Part shown: positions 9,281-17,611 of the stretch, one piece after another
How the letters are laid out: each line of letters begins with the position of its first letter
Numbering within the stretch: the stretch's first letter is position 1
Source: a virus
Taxonomy: Duplodnaviria > Caudoviricetes
Reading direction: 5' to 3' (one strand)
DNA length: 52,545 nt
Virus record (IMG/VR): IMGVR_UViG_3300033144_004328
Span: 1 to 52,545 of that record
The notes under the pieces: generated by a model
What the model was told of the DNA's origin: nothing
Database searches by the model: none
What the model saw: the letters and a program-made list of their open reading frames with translations, nothing else
Translations under genes and position numbers: made by a program

Positions 9281-9734
9281 ATATTGAGGAGGGTCGTTAT
9301 GATCGTAGAGGTTGTTGCGACGCTCGCTCTCCTGCTACGGCCGCTACCGCTAAGGGTTGACGCGCCCATAAGCGGTTTGATCAGTACCGCGGCAAGTGAC
9401 ATGGCTGGGGCAGCTAAACCGAAGCTAGCCTCAGTTTGCTGTGCTTCTTCGCAGGAGGGAGACGTTGACTCGTGGGGAGTCCGATACCTGTAGCTGGTTT
9501 GCGGCCGGGATTTTTGAGATGTTTGAGACGCGCCAAAAGGAAGCAGGTACTAGAGCCTTTAGGCACCCGGTAACCGGCATTGCGTCTAGGGTGGGTAAAT
9601 AAGGTCGGACAGTAGTTCCACGGTGGTGGGGCCGTGGCCGTTCTACGTGGCAGTGCCATCACAGAAAGGGGTAAGAGGCGGGTCATGATCTATAAAGGAT
9701 TGTGGCCCGTCTCCCCATGTCCGCTCTCTTTTAG
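9281..9734 (+). ncRNA. Candidate large structured ncRNA (unclassified)
   Basis: Bounded by the promoter motif and CTCTCTTTTAG. Many nested helices with G-U pairs, e.g. 9338-9344/9501-9507, 9526-9531/9582-9587, 9606-9611/9718-9723, and a 16-bp stem 9675-9690/9698-9713. Confidence 0.5.
9299..9493 (+). CDS. Possible 64-aa protein with hydrophobic N-terminus (doubtful; overlaps the candidate RNA)
   Basis: GAGGAGGG RBS before ATG 9299; codon use looks unlike neighbouring genes. Confidence 0.3.
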   Translation: MIVEVVATLALLLRPLPLRVDAPISGLISTAASDMAGAAKPKLASVCCASSQEGDVDSWGVRYL

Positions 9735-9737
9735 CTA

Positions 9738-9780
9738 CTGATCTTGGTATAAGAACAATAGCGAAAAGGGGATTACGATG
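9738..9780 (+). promoter_or_regulatory. Promoter+RBS cassette (TGGTATAAGA 9745-9754), near-duplicate of 34709-34750
   Basis: ctgatcttggtataagaacaatagcgaaaaggggattacgATG. Confidence 0.75.
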
Positions 9781-10143
9781 CACATCATGACCGACAGGCT
9801 CATCGAGCTGCTCCGGGGAAACCCGGATCCGTTCGACGAGAATCCGAACAGTGAGACGACGCTCTCGATCTTCCGCGTCAATGCGGGAGAGAGCATCGTT
9901 CACCTTTGCATCTCAATGGGGCTCCCAGCCCTCTTGTACTACGAGGAGCACCCCAACCGCGGCTCGCTCACCCTGTACCTGAGCGAGGATGCGGCGCGGC
10001 GCATAGTCTCCGCCATCGGACAGGACAGGGACGACGACCAGCCTCGGCGGCACAGTGCTGTCGAGACGCAGATGGAGCATGAGTTCAGGCGACTCGTGCC
10101 TCCGCGGTCGCGTCACTTGGCCGAGCTCGTCTTTGGCGGGTGA
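9778..10143 (+). CDS. Hypothetical protein
   Basis: Follows the promoter/RBS cassette; typical codon bias. Confidence 0.75.
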   Translation: MHIMTDRLIELLRGNPDPFDENPNSETTLSIFRVNAGESIVHLCISMGLPALLYYEEHPNRGSLTLYLSEDAARRIVSAIGQDRDDDQPRRHSAVETQMEHEFRRLVPPRSRHLAELVFGG

Positions 10144-10304
10144 TCCCACTACAGAAGTAGCCCCTTCGCTAGGGGCCACGGGCAGAGGGGTCGGCGAAGT
10201 ATTGCCCCTCCACCCGTGGTCCCTGGTTTTTAGTGGGTCATTGCCATTGGGCACTCACATGGGTAGAGTTGGGTCGTCACCTCCATCTTGATCCCATGTG
10301 ACGC

Positions 10305-10340
10305 ACCCCTGGGCCTTACGGGTCCAGGGGTATTCTTTTG
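10305..10340 (+). terminator. Intrinsic terminator
   Basis: ACCCCTGGGCC/GGTCCAGGGGT stem followed by ATTCTTTTG. Confidence 0.75.
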
Positions 10341-10344
10341 CATA

Positions 10345-10382
10345 GCTAAGCAAAGGGCCCCAGGATAATCATCCCGGGGCCC
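10345..10382 (-). terminator. Intrinsic terminator (convergent with the previous one)
   Basis: Minus strand reads GGGCCCCGGGAT-GATT-ATCCTGGGGCCC-TTTGCTTAG; the one non-WC position is G-U only on the minus strand. Confidence 0.75.
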
Positions 10383-10475
10383 ATCAAACCGAACGTAAGT
10401 ATGCGAGAGTGGTGCTTATGGGTTTATCTAGCACATTGGCTGAGCCCTCCGAGGGTTAGGATCATGAGGTGTTTT

Positions 10476-10529
10476 TTATCTCGCCCGTGACGGGCGCTGT
10501 CTTGCCGGGCTTTTCCCGGCGCGGAGCAT
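10476..10529 (-). CDS. Possible 17-aa Arg-rich peptide MLRAGKSPARQRPSRAR
   Basis: Preceded by motif TGATACAAGA (10570-10579, minus), a 5' hairpin and a GGAGGTGG RBS. Confidence 0.35.
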   Translation of the reverse strand: MLRAGKSPARQRPSRAR

Positions 10530-10576
10530 GGTCCACCTCCGTAGTGATGGAACTGCCCAGTTGCATCATTCTTGTA

Positions 10577-11059
10577 TCACTTCTTGCGGGGCTTTTCAAA
10601 CCAGAGCGGATCAATGCCGGACTCCAGCTTGTCGGGCAGGAGGACGTCGAGTATCGGCGGCTCGGGGAGACCTGCTGGAGGTATCTCTTCGATGGTGTCC
10701 TCGTCGTCGCGGACCTTGGAGGGAGCGACCTTGACGGGCTTCTCCTTCTTCTCGCCGTGGAGGTAGGCCTCGAGGAGCTCGAGGAGCTGGTGCCAGTCAT
10801 ACTCCCCGCCGCCAGCGACGTACGTCAGGAACTCTGCTTCATGCGGCTCCCACTCCACGCCGGGGTCATTGAGGGCGTGCTCCGCCATTTCGATTGGTGA
10901 CATGTCGCCTAGATACAACTCGAGCTCGTTGAGCCCCGACCCTGGGTCAGGACCCGGCTTCAGGACCTTCAGGACCTGGAACGGGTCAGGCGGTTGAGGC
11001 TTCATGTCCTCGAACACTCTCAGTAGGAGGTCAGGATCAAACTCATCCACTTTGGTCAT
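10577..11059 (-). CDS. Hypothetical acidic/Pro-rich protein
   Basis: Last gene of an overlapping minus-strand chain; GGAG RBS. Confidence 0.7.
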   Translation of the reverse strand: MTKVDEFDPDLLLRVFEDMKPQPPDPFQVLKVLKPGPDPGSGLNELELYLGDMSPIEMAEHALNDPGVEWEPHEAEFLTYVAGGGEYDWHQLLELLEAYLHGEKKEKPVKVAPSKVRDDEDTIEEIPPAGLPEPPILDVLLPDKLESGIDPLWFEKPRKK

Positions 11060-11285
11060 CCCGTTGCTCCGCTAGGTACTTGTAGAACCACGCCACCGAT
11101 TCAGGGTCTTCTGTTGCGAGCTGTGTCATCCTCATCATGTGCAGCTCGATCATGCCCTGAACTATCTCAGTGACAGAGACGTGGGTGTTGAGCTCGCGCT
11201 TCAGGCGCTGCTGCTCTTGATTCAGAAAGCGGGATTGCTCCCTGGTGACGACGACGACAAGCTGCCTGCCGTCAGCTTTTGGCAC
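11043..11285 (-). CDS. Small hypothetical protein (possible ribbon-helix-helix DNA binder)
   Basis: Beta-helix-helix pattern (QLVVVVTREQ...VSVTEIVQGMI); the fold call is weak. Confidence 0.5.
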   Translation of the reverse strand: MPKADGRQLVVVVTREQSRFLNQEQQRLKRELNTHVSVTEIVQGMIELHMMRMTQLATEDPESVAWFYKYLAEQRDDQSG

Positions 11286-11871
11286 GTGGCCTCAGTGGGA
11301 TGACCCCAGGCGGGAACTCACCCATTTTCACGTCAGTCCCCTCAAGAACGATGGTACCCGCATCGATCATGGCTTTGCGGTCACTCTCGATGTCTGCCTT
11401 GAGGTCGGTGATTGCGGTCCAATACATGCCGACATGGTCTGGGTTGTCACGCCCAGCCACGCCGCGTATCAGGAAGTTGTTCTCGACTAGGGCCCGTATC
11501 GCACCGGCTATGCCCAAGGTATCGAACTTCATGCCCTCTGGTAGGGCATTGGCGACGGCTTGGTTCAAGATCGTCGCGGATACGGGACGGCCCGTAACCT
11601 CGAATAGCACATCGCATTCGTCGAGGATGATGCGCTCCAGCTCTGAGAGGCGCTCGGCTCTGGCTAGAAGCTGCTCCTCCACCAGTCGGTGCTTGGCCCA
11701 GAACAGCCCGAGCTGTGTCACAGTGGTCTCGCCGCGAATGTACTCGAGGTTCTCGGCGTCTCCCTTTATGGATTTCTGGAGGTCCTCGGCCATTTTCAAC
11801 AGGTCGCCGTACCTCTTGGACAAAGCATGCAGGCAACAGATCGCTTGTTCTGTCTTGCCGTCGGGTTTCAT
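11272..11871 (-). CDS. Hypothetical protein (coiled coil plus possible winged helix)
   Basis: Preceded by GGGTACAAGA (11891-11900, minus) and a GAGGAG RBS. Confidence 0.7.
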   Translation of the reverse strand: MKPDGKTEQAICCLHALSKRYGDLLKMAEDLQKSIKGDAENLEYIRGETTVTQLGLFWAKHRLVEEQLLARAERLSELERIILDECDVLFEVTGRPVSATILNQAVANALPEGMKFDTLGIAGAIRALVENNFLIRGVAGRDNPDHVGMYWTAITDLKADIESDRKAMIDAGTIVLEGTDVKMGEFPPGVIPLRPRAKS

Positions 11872-11902
11872 GTAAGTCTCCTCTCGGGTTTCTTGTACCC
11901 GA

Positions 11903-12466
11903 TCAGAGCTGCTTCCACGCGGAGTATGCCTGCCACACGACTTGCGCCGACGTCCTGGGGTTCCCTTGCTCAGCTTCCTCGATGCGCTTCTCCAGTGTTT
12001 GGAGGATCAGTACCGCGGAGCTGACGCCGTACTTCTTGAACTGGTCGATGCGGCGCTTCATCCATTTCTCATGCCGGGCCCGCTCCGGGAAGCAGAGTAT
12101 CTCAGCCTGCACGGCTTCGGACTCATAGAACATCCGCCAGTTCGGGTTGAAGACATAGCGCAAGGCCATGAGGGGGCCGTGTGATTGCACTGCATGAGCT
12201 AGCTCGTGGACCATGAACGGGGACGGCTCCATGCCCCAGTCCCATCCTGGGTGGTCGTAGATCGTTGTTCCGATGGTGGTGCCGTACCCTCCCATGAATG
12301 ACTCATCCCGCTCCGTGTCGGGGTCGTCCTTGATGTTGGTGATCTTCAGGGCGTTCAGGATGGTGAGACAGAACGCGATGAGCTTCATGAACCACGAGTT
12401 GTCTTTATCAACGAGCCGGATCTTACAGGTCGTCCGGCTGAAGTACGTCAAGAAGGATTCCTTCAT
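11903..12466 (-). CDS. HExxH zinc metallopeptidase-like protein
   Basis: GYGTTIGTTIY...MVHELAHAVQ...YESEA; AAGGAG RBS. Confidence 0.65.
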   Translation of the reverse strand: MKESFLTYFSRTTCKIRLVDKDNSWFMKLIAFCLTILNALKITNIKDDPDTERDESFMGGYGTTIGTTIYDHPGWDWGMEPSPFMVHELAHAVQSHGPLMALRYVFNPNWRMFYESEAVQAEILCFPERARHEKWMKRRIDQFKKYGVSSAVLILQTLEKRIEEAEQGNPRTSAQVVWQAYSAWKQL

Positions 12467-12482
12467 AATCGATCTCCTTGGC

Positions 12483-12523
12483 TCTGATACTACACTAACG
12501 GAAAGGGCCAGCGAAGCTGACCC
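12483..12523 (-). terminator. Hairpin-TTAG terminator fused to degenerate promoter motif TAGTATCAGA
   Basis: Minus strand reads GGGTCAGC-TTC-GCTGGCCC-TTTCCG-TTAG-TG-TAGTATCAGA. Confidence 0.6.
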
Positions 12524-12530
12524 AGTCCTT

Positions 12531-12734
12531 TCACTTCTTGGCGGCTAGCGCCGCCGCGGCTATCTCGTACGCTTGGCGTCCGAGGTTGCTGTCGCACGCC
12601 GGGCAGACCTTCACGTCTACCTCGACACCTGCCTTGGTTTGGTACCCATCACCATCGGCCATGGGGATGCAGAGGTTGCCGCAGCACTCACACACTGTGG
12701 TCATGGCGTCCTCAGGAATTCTTCCTAGTGCCAT
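12531..12734 (-). CDS. Small Zn-ribbon protein
   Basis: CECC...CPAC. Confidence 0.6.
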   Translation of the reverse strand: MALGRIPEDAMTTVCECCGNLCIPMADGDGYQTKAGVEVDVKVCPACDSNLGRQAYEIAAAALAAKK

Positions 12735-13047
12735 TGATCTCTCCTAGCGTGGCTTTTAGGGGGCCAGCTGATCTGTTCCACCCCATGGCGCATGCGTCTT
12801 CACGTCTGAGGACGGTCATGGCTACGAACTTGTTGGAGTCGAACTTGCCAGCGATGAAGACCGGCGCCTCGAGAGAGTCATGCCTGATCTCCACTAGGAT
12901 GTTCAAGTCCTTGTGGGTCTTGATGCGGGCTCTGCCTTCCTTGAAGCCTGCGTTGATTACTTGCGTGATGATGCTTACGGGGAGCTCTCCACCAACCCTC
13001 TCCTCCCACGACCTCCTGAAGTGCTCCGTCACATTGACGGCGATCAT
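12712..13047 (-). CDS. Hypothetical protein, possibly RelE/ParE- or DUF4258-like fold
   Basis: VTEHFRRSWEERV N-terminus and ...FVAMTV C-terminal strand; start moved to ATG 13047 after GGAG. Confidence 0.45.
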   Translation of the reverse strand: MIAVNVTEHFRRSWEERVGGELPVSIITQVINAGFKEGRARIKTHKDLNILVEIRHDSLEAPVFIAGKFDSNKFVAMTVLRREDACAMGWNRSAGPLKATLGEINGTRKNS

Positions 13048-13163
13048 TGTGTCTCCGGGGTGATGCCACACGAAAAAGGTTCAGCTTTCGCCTCAACCGC
13101 TCGTCGCGTGAGCTCGGTTACTCACCTGTCTCTAGATACATAGATCTTATGCCTCTTTTTCTT

Positions 13164-13562
13164 TCATTTTTTCACTTTGATCGGGGAGCCGTACTTCACT
13201 GTGGAGCCGGGCTTGTACGAATCGAAATTGTGCTCGGCTTGTGTCGTTGCATCGATCACGGCGTCGACGAACTCGTCGACCCTGTCGAGGTGGATGTTGT
13301 AGCAGCACCCGTAGTGCTCTACCAACAGGAGCGTGATCTCCTGTTCCGTCTCGTTGTAAGAGATTCTGCGGAACACTTCCGCCAACTCAGTACCAGGGGG
13401 CGGTACTGGCCTACCGGCTAGAAGTGCGTCTTTGTAGTCGAGGATCGCTCTACCGATCTTGCTCGCCTCCTCCGCTTTCTCGGCCCTGCTCAGCCTCGGG
13501 TTGTCGAAGAACCTGAACAGGACGCTCGTCCCGCTCGCCGATATCATCTCGTGAAATTTCAT
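13164..13562 (-). CDS. Hypothetical protein
   Basis: GGAGGGG RBS; typical codon bias. Confidence 0.65.
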   Translation of the reverse strand: MKFHEMISASGTSVLFRFFDNPRLSRAEKAEEASKIGRAILDYKDALLAGRPVPPPGTELAEVFRRISYNETEQEITLLLVEHYGCCYNIHLDRVDEFVDAVIDATTQAEHNFDSYKPGSTVKYGSPIKVKK

Positions 13563-13878
13563 GCGGCCCCTCCATGATGTGGCCCAACTCCTTCATTCTG
13601 CGGAGACCCTTCTGCAATAGGAACGCCGCCTCTTCTATGAGCTCCGTGGATAGCAGCTGGCCGCCGCATAGCACGGATACGATCATCATGTCCATGACAG
13701 ACTCGACGTACTGGGCGTCGCCATCAGTCCCTGGCATGAAATCAGACCAGTCCAGGAAGACGTAGAATTGGAATGTGTCTCCTTTACCGACTGCATCTAT
13801 GGTGATTGGGGGTATACCGTCAGCGCGCCACACTCTTCCTCTGGTGTCCAGGAAAGTGGCGACTTCATCGTAGGTCAC
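13450..13878 (-). CDS. Hypothetical protein
   Basis: AGGAGG RBS and promoter motif upstream; its 3' end overlaps the next gene. Confidence 0.65.
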   Translation of the reverse strand: MTYDEVATFLDTRGRVWRADGIPPITIDAVGKGDTFQFYVFLDWSDFMPGTDGDAQYVESVMDMMIVSVLCGGQLLSTELIEEAAFLLQKGLRRMKELGHIMEGPHEISRDDIGERDERPVQVLRQPEAEQGRESGGGEQDR

Positions 13879-13903
13879 GATGCCTCCTAAGGGGGTTCGA
13901 GGT

Positions 13904-13947
13904 CCTTATACCACGGATCGATGAATGGTCTGCTTCGTGGTACAAGA
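13904..13947. promoter_or_regulatory. Divergent promoter pair
   Basis: TGGTATAAGG on minus (13904-13913) and TGGTACAAGA on plus (13938-13947), exactly at the strand switch. Confidence 0.75.
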
Positions 13948-13971
13948 GAATAGCGATCCGATGGAGTCCTC

Positions 13972-14433
13972 ATGACTAAGCAAGGCGTGAAGTTCTGTCC
14001 TACATGCGGTCACAACGACGAGCTCGAGAAGGTGTGGCCAAGCTCAGGAGGTGGGCATACAGAAACCTGGAAATGCAAGCACTGTGGCGAGGTCTGGCAC
14101 CACCAGAGGGCGGGAACCCGTCCTGGTGTGGGCCTCAAGGAGAAGTACACCGTCCTCAAGGGGGACGGAGAGCCCATGGAGGGGCCTAGCTTCGTCTTGG
14201 TCCTGACTGATGATGCAGCGAAGGCTGCGCTCAGGGCGTATGCCATGGCTACCCTCAACTCCGACCTGGCGTCCGACATCAGGAACATCTTGGCTGACAT
14301 GTCGAGGCACCCTGATCGGTACCCAGACGCTGGAGACGAGGGTCGGCTCAACGCTGGTGTGAAGTACCGTGCTTTTGAGCAGGGTACAGCCGGCAGTATC
14401 TTCATCATGAAGCCCGGCTTCGAGGAAGATTGA
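13972..14433 (+). CDS. Zn-ribbon-containing hypothetical protein
   Basis: CPTC...CKHC; AAKAALRAYA segment. Confidence 0.7.
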   Translation: MTKQGVKFCPTCGHNDELEKVWPSSGGGHTETWKCKHCGEVWHHQRAGTRPGVGLKEKYTVLKGDGEPMEGPSFVLVLTDDAAKAALRAYAMATLNSDLASDIRNILADMSRHPDRYPDAGDEGRLNAGVKYRAFEQGTAGSIFIMKPGFEED

Positions 14434-14762
14434 TGAACGTCGTCTGCCTAAACTGTGGAGTCCCGATCTACAACTGTACCATCGTTGGAGAGGTATATTC
14501 TGGGACGAAGGTAGAGGCGCACCATTTCGTACCGCTGCGTGATGACGTCCCGCAGCCTACAGACACCCAGGAGATGCGTTGTCCGTTGTGCGGCGAGTTC
14601 TTCTGCAAGATCGGCACCAATGTCAAGGGGGACGGAGCAGTCCTCCTCAAGCTCGAGGGTGGGGCGTGGTGGCCACATCCACCTGTGGAAAAGAGGGTTG
14701 ACCAACGCCCTCGATCTGTTATTCTGAACGATGAACCACGGGATCGATCCAAAGGAGAGTGA
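14430..14762 (+). CDS. Zn-ribbon protein
   Basis: CLNC...CPLC. Confidence 0.65.
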   Translation: MMNVVCLNCGVPIYNCTIVGEVYSGTKVEAHHFVPLRDDVPQPTDTQEMRCPLCGEFFCKIGTNVKGDGAVLLKLEGGAWWPHPPVEKRVDQRPRSVILNDEPRDRSKGE

Positions 14763-14763
14763 C

Positions 14764-15510
14764 ATGGGTACCGCAGCAGACGCGCTACGAGCGCGCAAGA
14801 AGGCTTCGGCCAAGAAGGCCGGGTCGAAGAACAACGGACAGACGTCCCCCGCAAAGGCAGCGCCGAGGAAGGCCAGGAAGGCCACCAAGAAGGCCGCTGC
14901 CAAGCCCAAGGCGAAAGCCGCTTCCAAGAAGGCGGCCAAGAAGACCACCACCAAGACCACCAAGGCGAAAGCCGCCCCCAAGAAGACGGCCCCCAAGAAG
15001 GCCGAAGTCGAGCGCACCTTCGACAGGGACCGCAACGACGGGCTCAGGCCCGTGGAGCGTCAGGTCCTCTCCATCATCGAGAAGGGTGGTGGCGAGATGA
15101 GCATCCTGAACATCGCTGCCAAGCTCTTCAAGAAGAAGGCCGTGGACATCCCTCGAGAGGGCCCTGGCTCGGTGAGGGTGGTGCGCAACGCCATCCGCAA
15201 GCCGGCGGAGTACGGCCTCCTGGACTGGAACCGCAAGGCGGGTCGGGGCATCGTGAAGCTGCTCCCCGCCTTCAAGAAGTCCGGCCTCAAGGCCGCGGAG
15301 CGCTACATGGAGAGGGCTCGCAAGGCTGGCAAGGACGATGAGGCTCCGAAGGCCCCCAAGAAGGCTAAGAAGGCCACGAAGAAGGCGGCCAAGGCTGCCC
15401 CCAAGAAGGCCGCGAAGAGCAAGAAGGCGCCGAAGAAGGGCACCAAGAAGGCCGCTCCCAAGAAGACGGCGCGGAAGAAGCCCGCCAAGAAGGCCAAGGG
15501 GAAGAAGTAG
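14764..15510 (+). CDS. Histone H1-like basic DNA-binding protein with central winged-helix-like domain
   Basis: K/A/P-rich N- and C-tails (KKAA, APKK repeats) flank LRPVERQVLSII...MSILNIAAKL...VRNAIRK...GRGIVKL; AAGGAG RBS; followed by a terminator. Confidence 0.75.
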   Translation: MGTAADALRARKKASAKKAGSKNNGQTSPAKAAPRKARKATKKAAAKPKAKAASKKAAKKTTTKTTKAKAAPKKTAPKKAEVERTFDRDRNDGLRPVERQVLSIIEKGGGEMSILNIAAKLFKKKAVDIPREGPGSVRVVRNAIRKPAEYGLLDWNRKAGRGIVKLLPAFKKSGLKAAERYMERARKAGKDDEAPKAPKKAKKATKKAAKAAPKKAAKSKKAPKKGTKKAAPKKTARKKPAKKAKGKK

Positions 15511-15525
15511 GTACCCCTCCCGGGT

Positions 15526-15566
15526 AGAGGGTCGGCTCGGTTCGTCCGGGTCGGCCCTCTTTCTTT
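15526..15566 (+). terminator. Intrinsic terminator
   Basis: AGAGGGTCGGCTCGG/CCGGGTCGGCCCTCT stem followed by TTCTTT. Confidence 0.8.
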
Positions 15567-15575
15567 GGGATCACT

Positions 15576-15935
15576 ATGACCAAAGACATGAAGCCGTCGC
15601 CACAGCAGGTGAGCGACATTGCCGAGATACTCGGCATCGAGAACTCCGAGTGGGCGAGCCTAGGCGCTGAGGTGGCGACGGTAGTGGACGCGACCAACAC
15701 CGCCTATGGCGACGCCTTCTCAAAGTCAGGCGACTTCCTGAAGCTGCTGTACCCAGATGGGATCAAGCCAGAGCAGTACCAAGACATGCTGGCGCTGGTC
15801 CGGGTCTTCGACAAGCAGATGCGGATCGCCACGAACCCCGGTGCGTTTGGTGAGTCTCCGTTCCGGGACATCGCCGGCTATGGGCTCCTTGGGTACAGGG
15901 AGCACATCCGTGCGGGAAAGGTCCTGGAGCCCTGA
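15576..15935 (+). CDS. All-alpha nucleotide-modification-associated / NTP-pyrophosphatase-like phage protein
   Basis: NTAYGDAF...DKQMRI...ESPFRDIAGYGLL motif set. Confidence 0.55.
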   Translation: MTKDMKPSPQQVSDIAEILGIENSEWASLGAEVATVVDATNTAYGDAFSKSGDFLKLLYPDGIKPEQYQDMLALVRVFDKQMRIATNPGAFGESPFRDIAGYGLLGYREHIRAGKVLEP

Positions 15936-17238
15936 TGCCCTTTCCTGGAGCTCCTCGAGGATTCGTATGCAACGTATCGAAGACCCACGACTCAAAGGCG
16001 GAGACCTGTACGTGCTCGGCTTGTGCCCGGCTTGGTCGGCCGGGGCTGATAGAGGGCAAGTCAGTGCGCATCCACCCCAAGTTCCCTGTGGATCATCTCG
16101 TGGGTTTGTACAAGGTGGAGGAAGTAGACCCGCAGAACAACGAGCCACACGCGAAGACCTGCGCGGTGAAAGACCCCGAGACTGATGAGGCGTGCGGGGA
16201 GCAAGTAGAGTGGAACGTCTGGCACGACAACCCCGGCACTGCCCCAGAGGGTGTAGTGGTTCAGGTGTGCGATGATCACCTGTCGCTGGTGTTGTCCACC
16301 GAGGGACGTAATGTCGTCTGGGCAGAACCGCCCAACAAGTGAGACGTACTGCGAGACCATCGCAGCGTATCAATGGCACATTCGTGAGGTAGGACCGGAG
16401 GGCGTCCTTTGCCACGGGAATCCCCGTCGCAGTAGGACGCTCTGCGGTCTGCCTTCGTCCTGGGACATCAATGTTCCAGTAAGTGACAAGATCAACGAGT
16501 CAACACGCAACGATTGGGGCACAGGGATCTGTTCCAAGTGCGTTTCGATTTACAACGGGATCAGGAGGAGGCGAGATGGGAGTACGAAAATGTGATGTAT
16601 GTGGGGTGAGCCTACCCGACGACAACCCCGAGAGAATGCACTTCATCGGGAGCGCGGATAAGCACGCTTGTCTGGCTTGTGTTGACCAAGCCGGCCTGTC
16701 CGCACTGAAATCATTCTTCCTAGACGGATCAACTACTGGTGAAATCGGTAGTAGAGTGTGTGAGGCCGTAGGGAGAATCCGTTCCGCGGCCGCGGCCGCT
16801 AAGGTCAGCCCAGACAAGCCTGAGCCCGCTCGCAAAGCAAACAGTGTTGTGGTCGGTGACAAAACCCTAGCCACCATCGACGGCGAGGTGCTGTGGATGG
16901 ATGAGGACACCGGTTCCTGGCACCCTCTGCGGATCAATGAGGGTCTTTTGGGTAGGGTCCTCGACATGGAGAAGAGGTTCGTGGCCCAGGGCGGTGACGT
17001 CTGTAGCAGGGTCAGTGAGTTGGGTCGGCGCATCGACAATCATGATGGCTTGGAGTACAAGATCAACGGCGTAGCCACTGCGCATAAGAAGCTCGAGAAG
17101 GAGTTCAACGATGTAGCCAACCACCTAGGCGACGTCACGCGCAGAGTCGAGAGTTTGGAGCGCACCGTCAAGAAGAACAGTGACTACATCGCCATCTTGG
17201 AACTCGCAGAGGAGCTCGATGAACAAGAAACAACGTGA
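15935..17238 (+). CDS. Three hypothetical Cys-rich proteins (15935-16342, 16311-16595, 16576-17238)
   Basis: Overlapping chain with RBSs; CxxC motifs; the last has a coiled-coil C-terminus. Confidence 0.65.
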
Positions 17239-17611
17239 GCAGGTAGGCGATCTGCTGAACAAGGCCATGGAACGATTCGATGATGTCCAACTCGATTGTC
17301 AAGGGAAGCAGGAGCACGGCCGTATCGTTGTGTGGATGCAGGCGATGTGGGGTCTTTGCAGCGCGGCACGAGACATCGTGAACCATCCCCGCCCTCCCAA
17401 GATGACGCAGCGGCAAGTCATCCTTATGGCCGACGCCTTTGCTTACCTACTCGATGCCAAGGCGCATATTCCTGGGAGTGACGTTGTCAAGGACTATGAT
17501 CTTTCTGCCTTTTTGATCAGGGCTTGGACCGTACACCTGCCCTTCCTCGACAAGTTCCGCGGCATCGGCCACCCTTCCGACGTAGTAAAGAGGGGACTGA
17601 GGATCGAATGA
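17219..17611 (+). CDS. Hypothetical protein, paralog A1
   Basis: MNKKQR...HPRPPK...HLPFLDKFRGIGHP shared with 18168-18566. Confidence 0.8.
   Translation: MNKKQREQVGDLLNKAMERFDDVQLDCQGKQEHGRIVVWMQAMWGLCSAARDIVNHPRPPKMTQRQVILMADAFAYLLDAKAHIPGSDVVKDYDLSAFLIRAWTVHLPFLDKFRGIGHPSDVVKRGLRIE

Noticed and set aside
9281-9734. RNase P RNA (GAGGAGGGTC and CAGTGCCATCACAGAAAG resemble conserved regions)
   Set aside because: No GAGGAAAGTCC and no matching 3' P4 strand; spacing and order do not fit. A cmscan would settle it.
13891-13903. GGTTCGA as a tRNA T-loop
   Set aside because: No cloverleaf; it lies in the leader of the divergent promoter region
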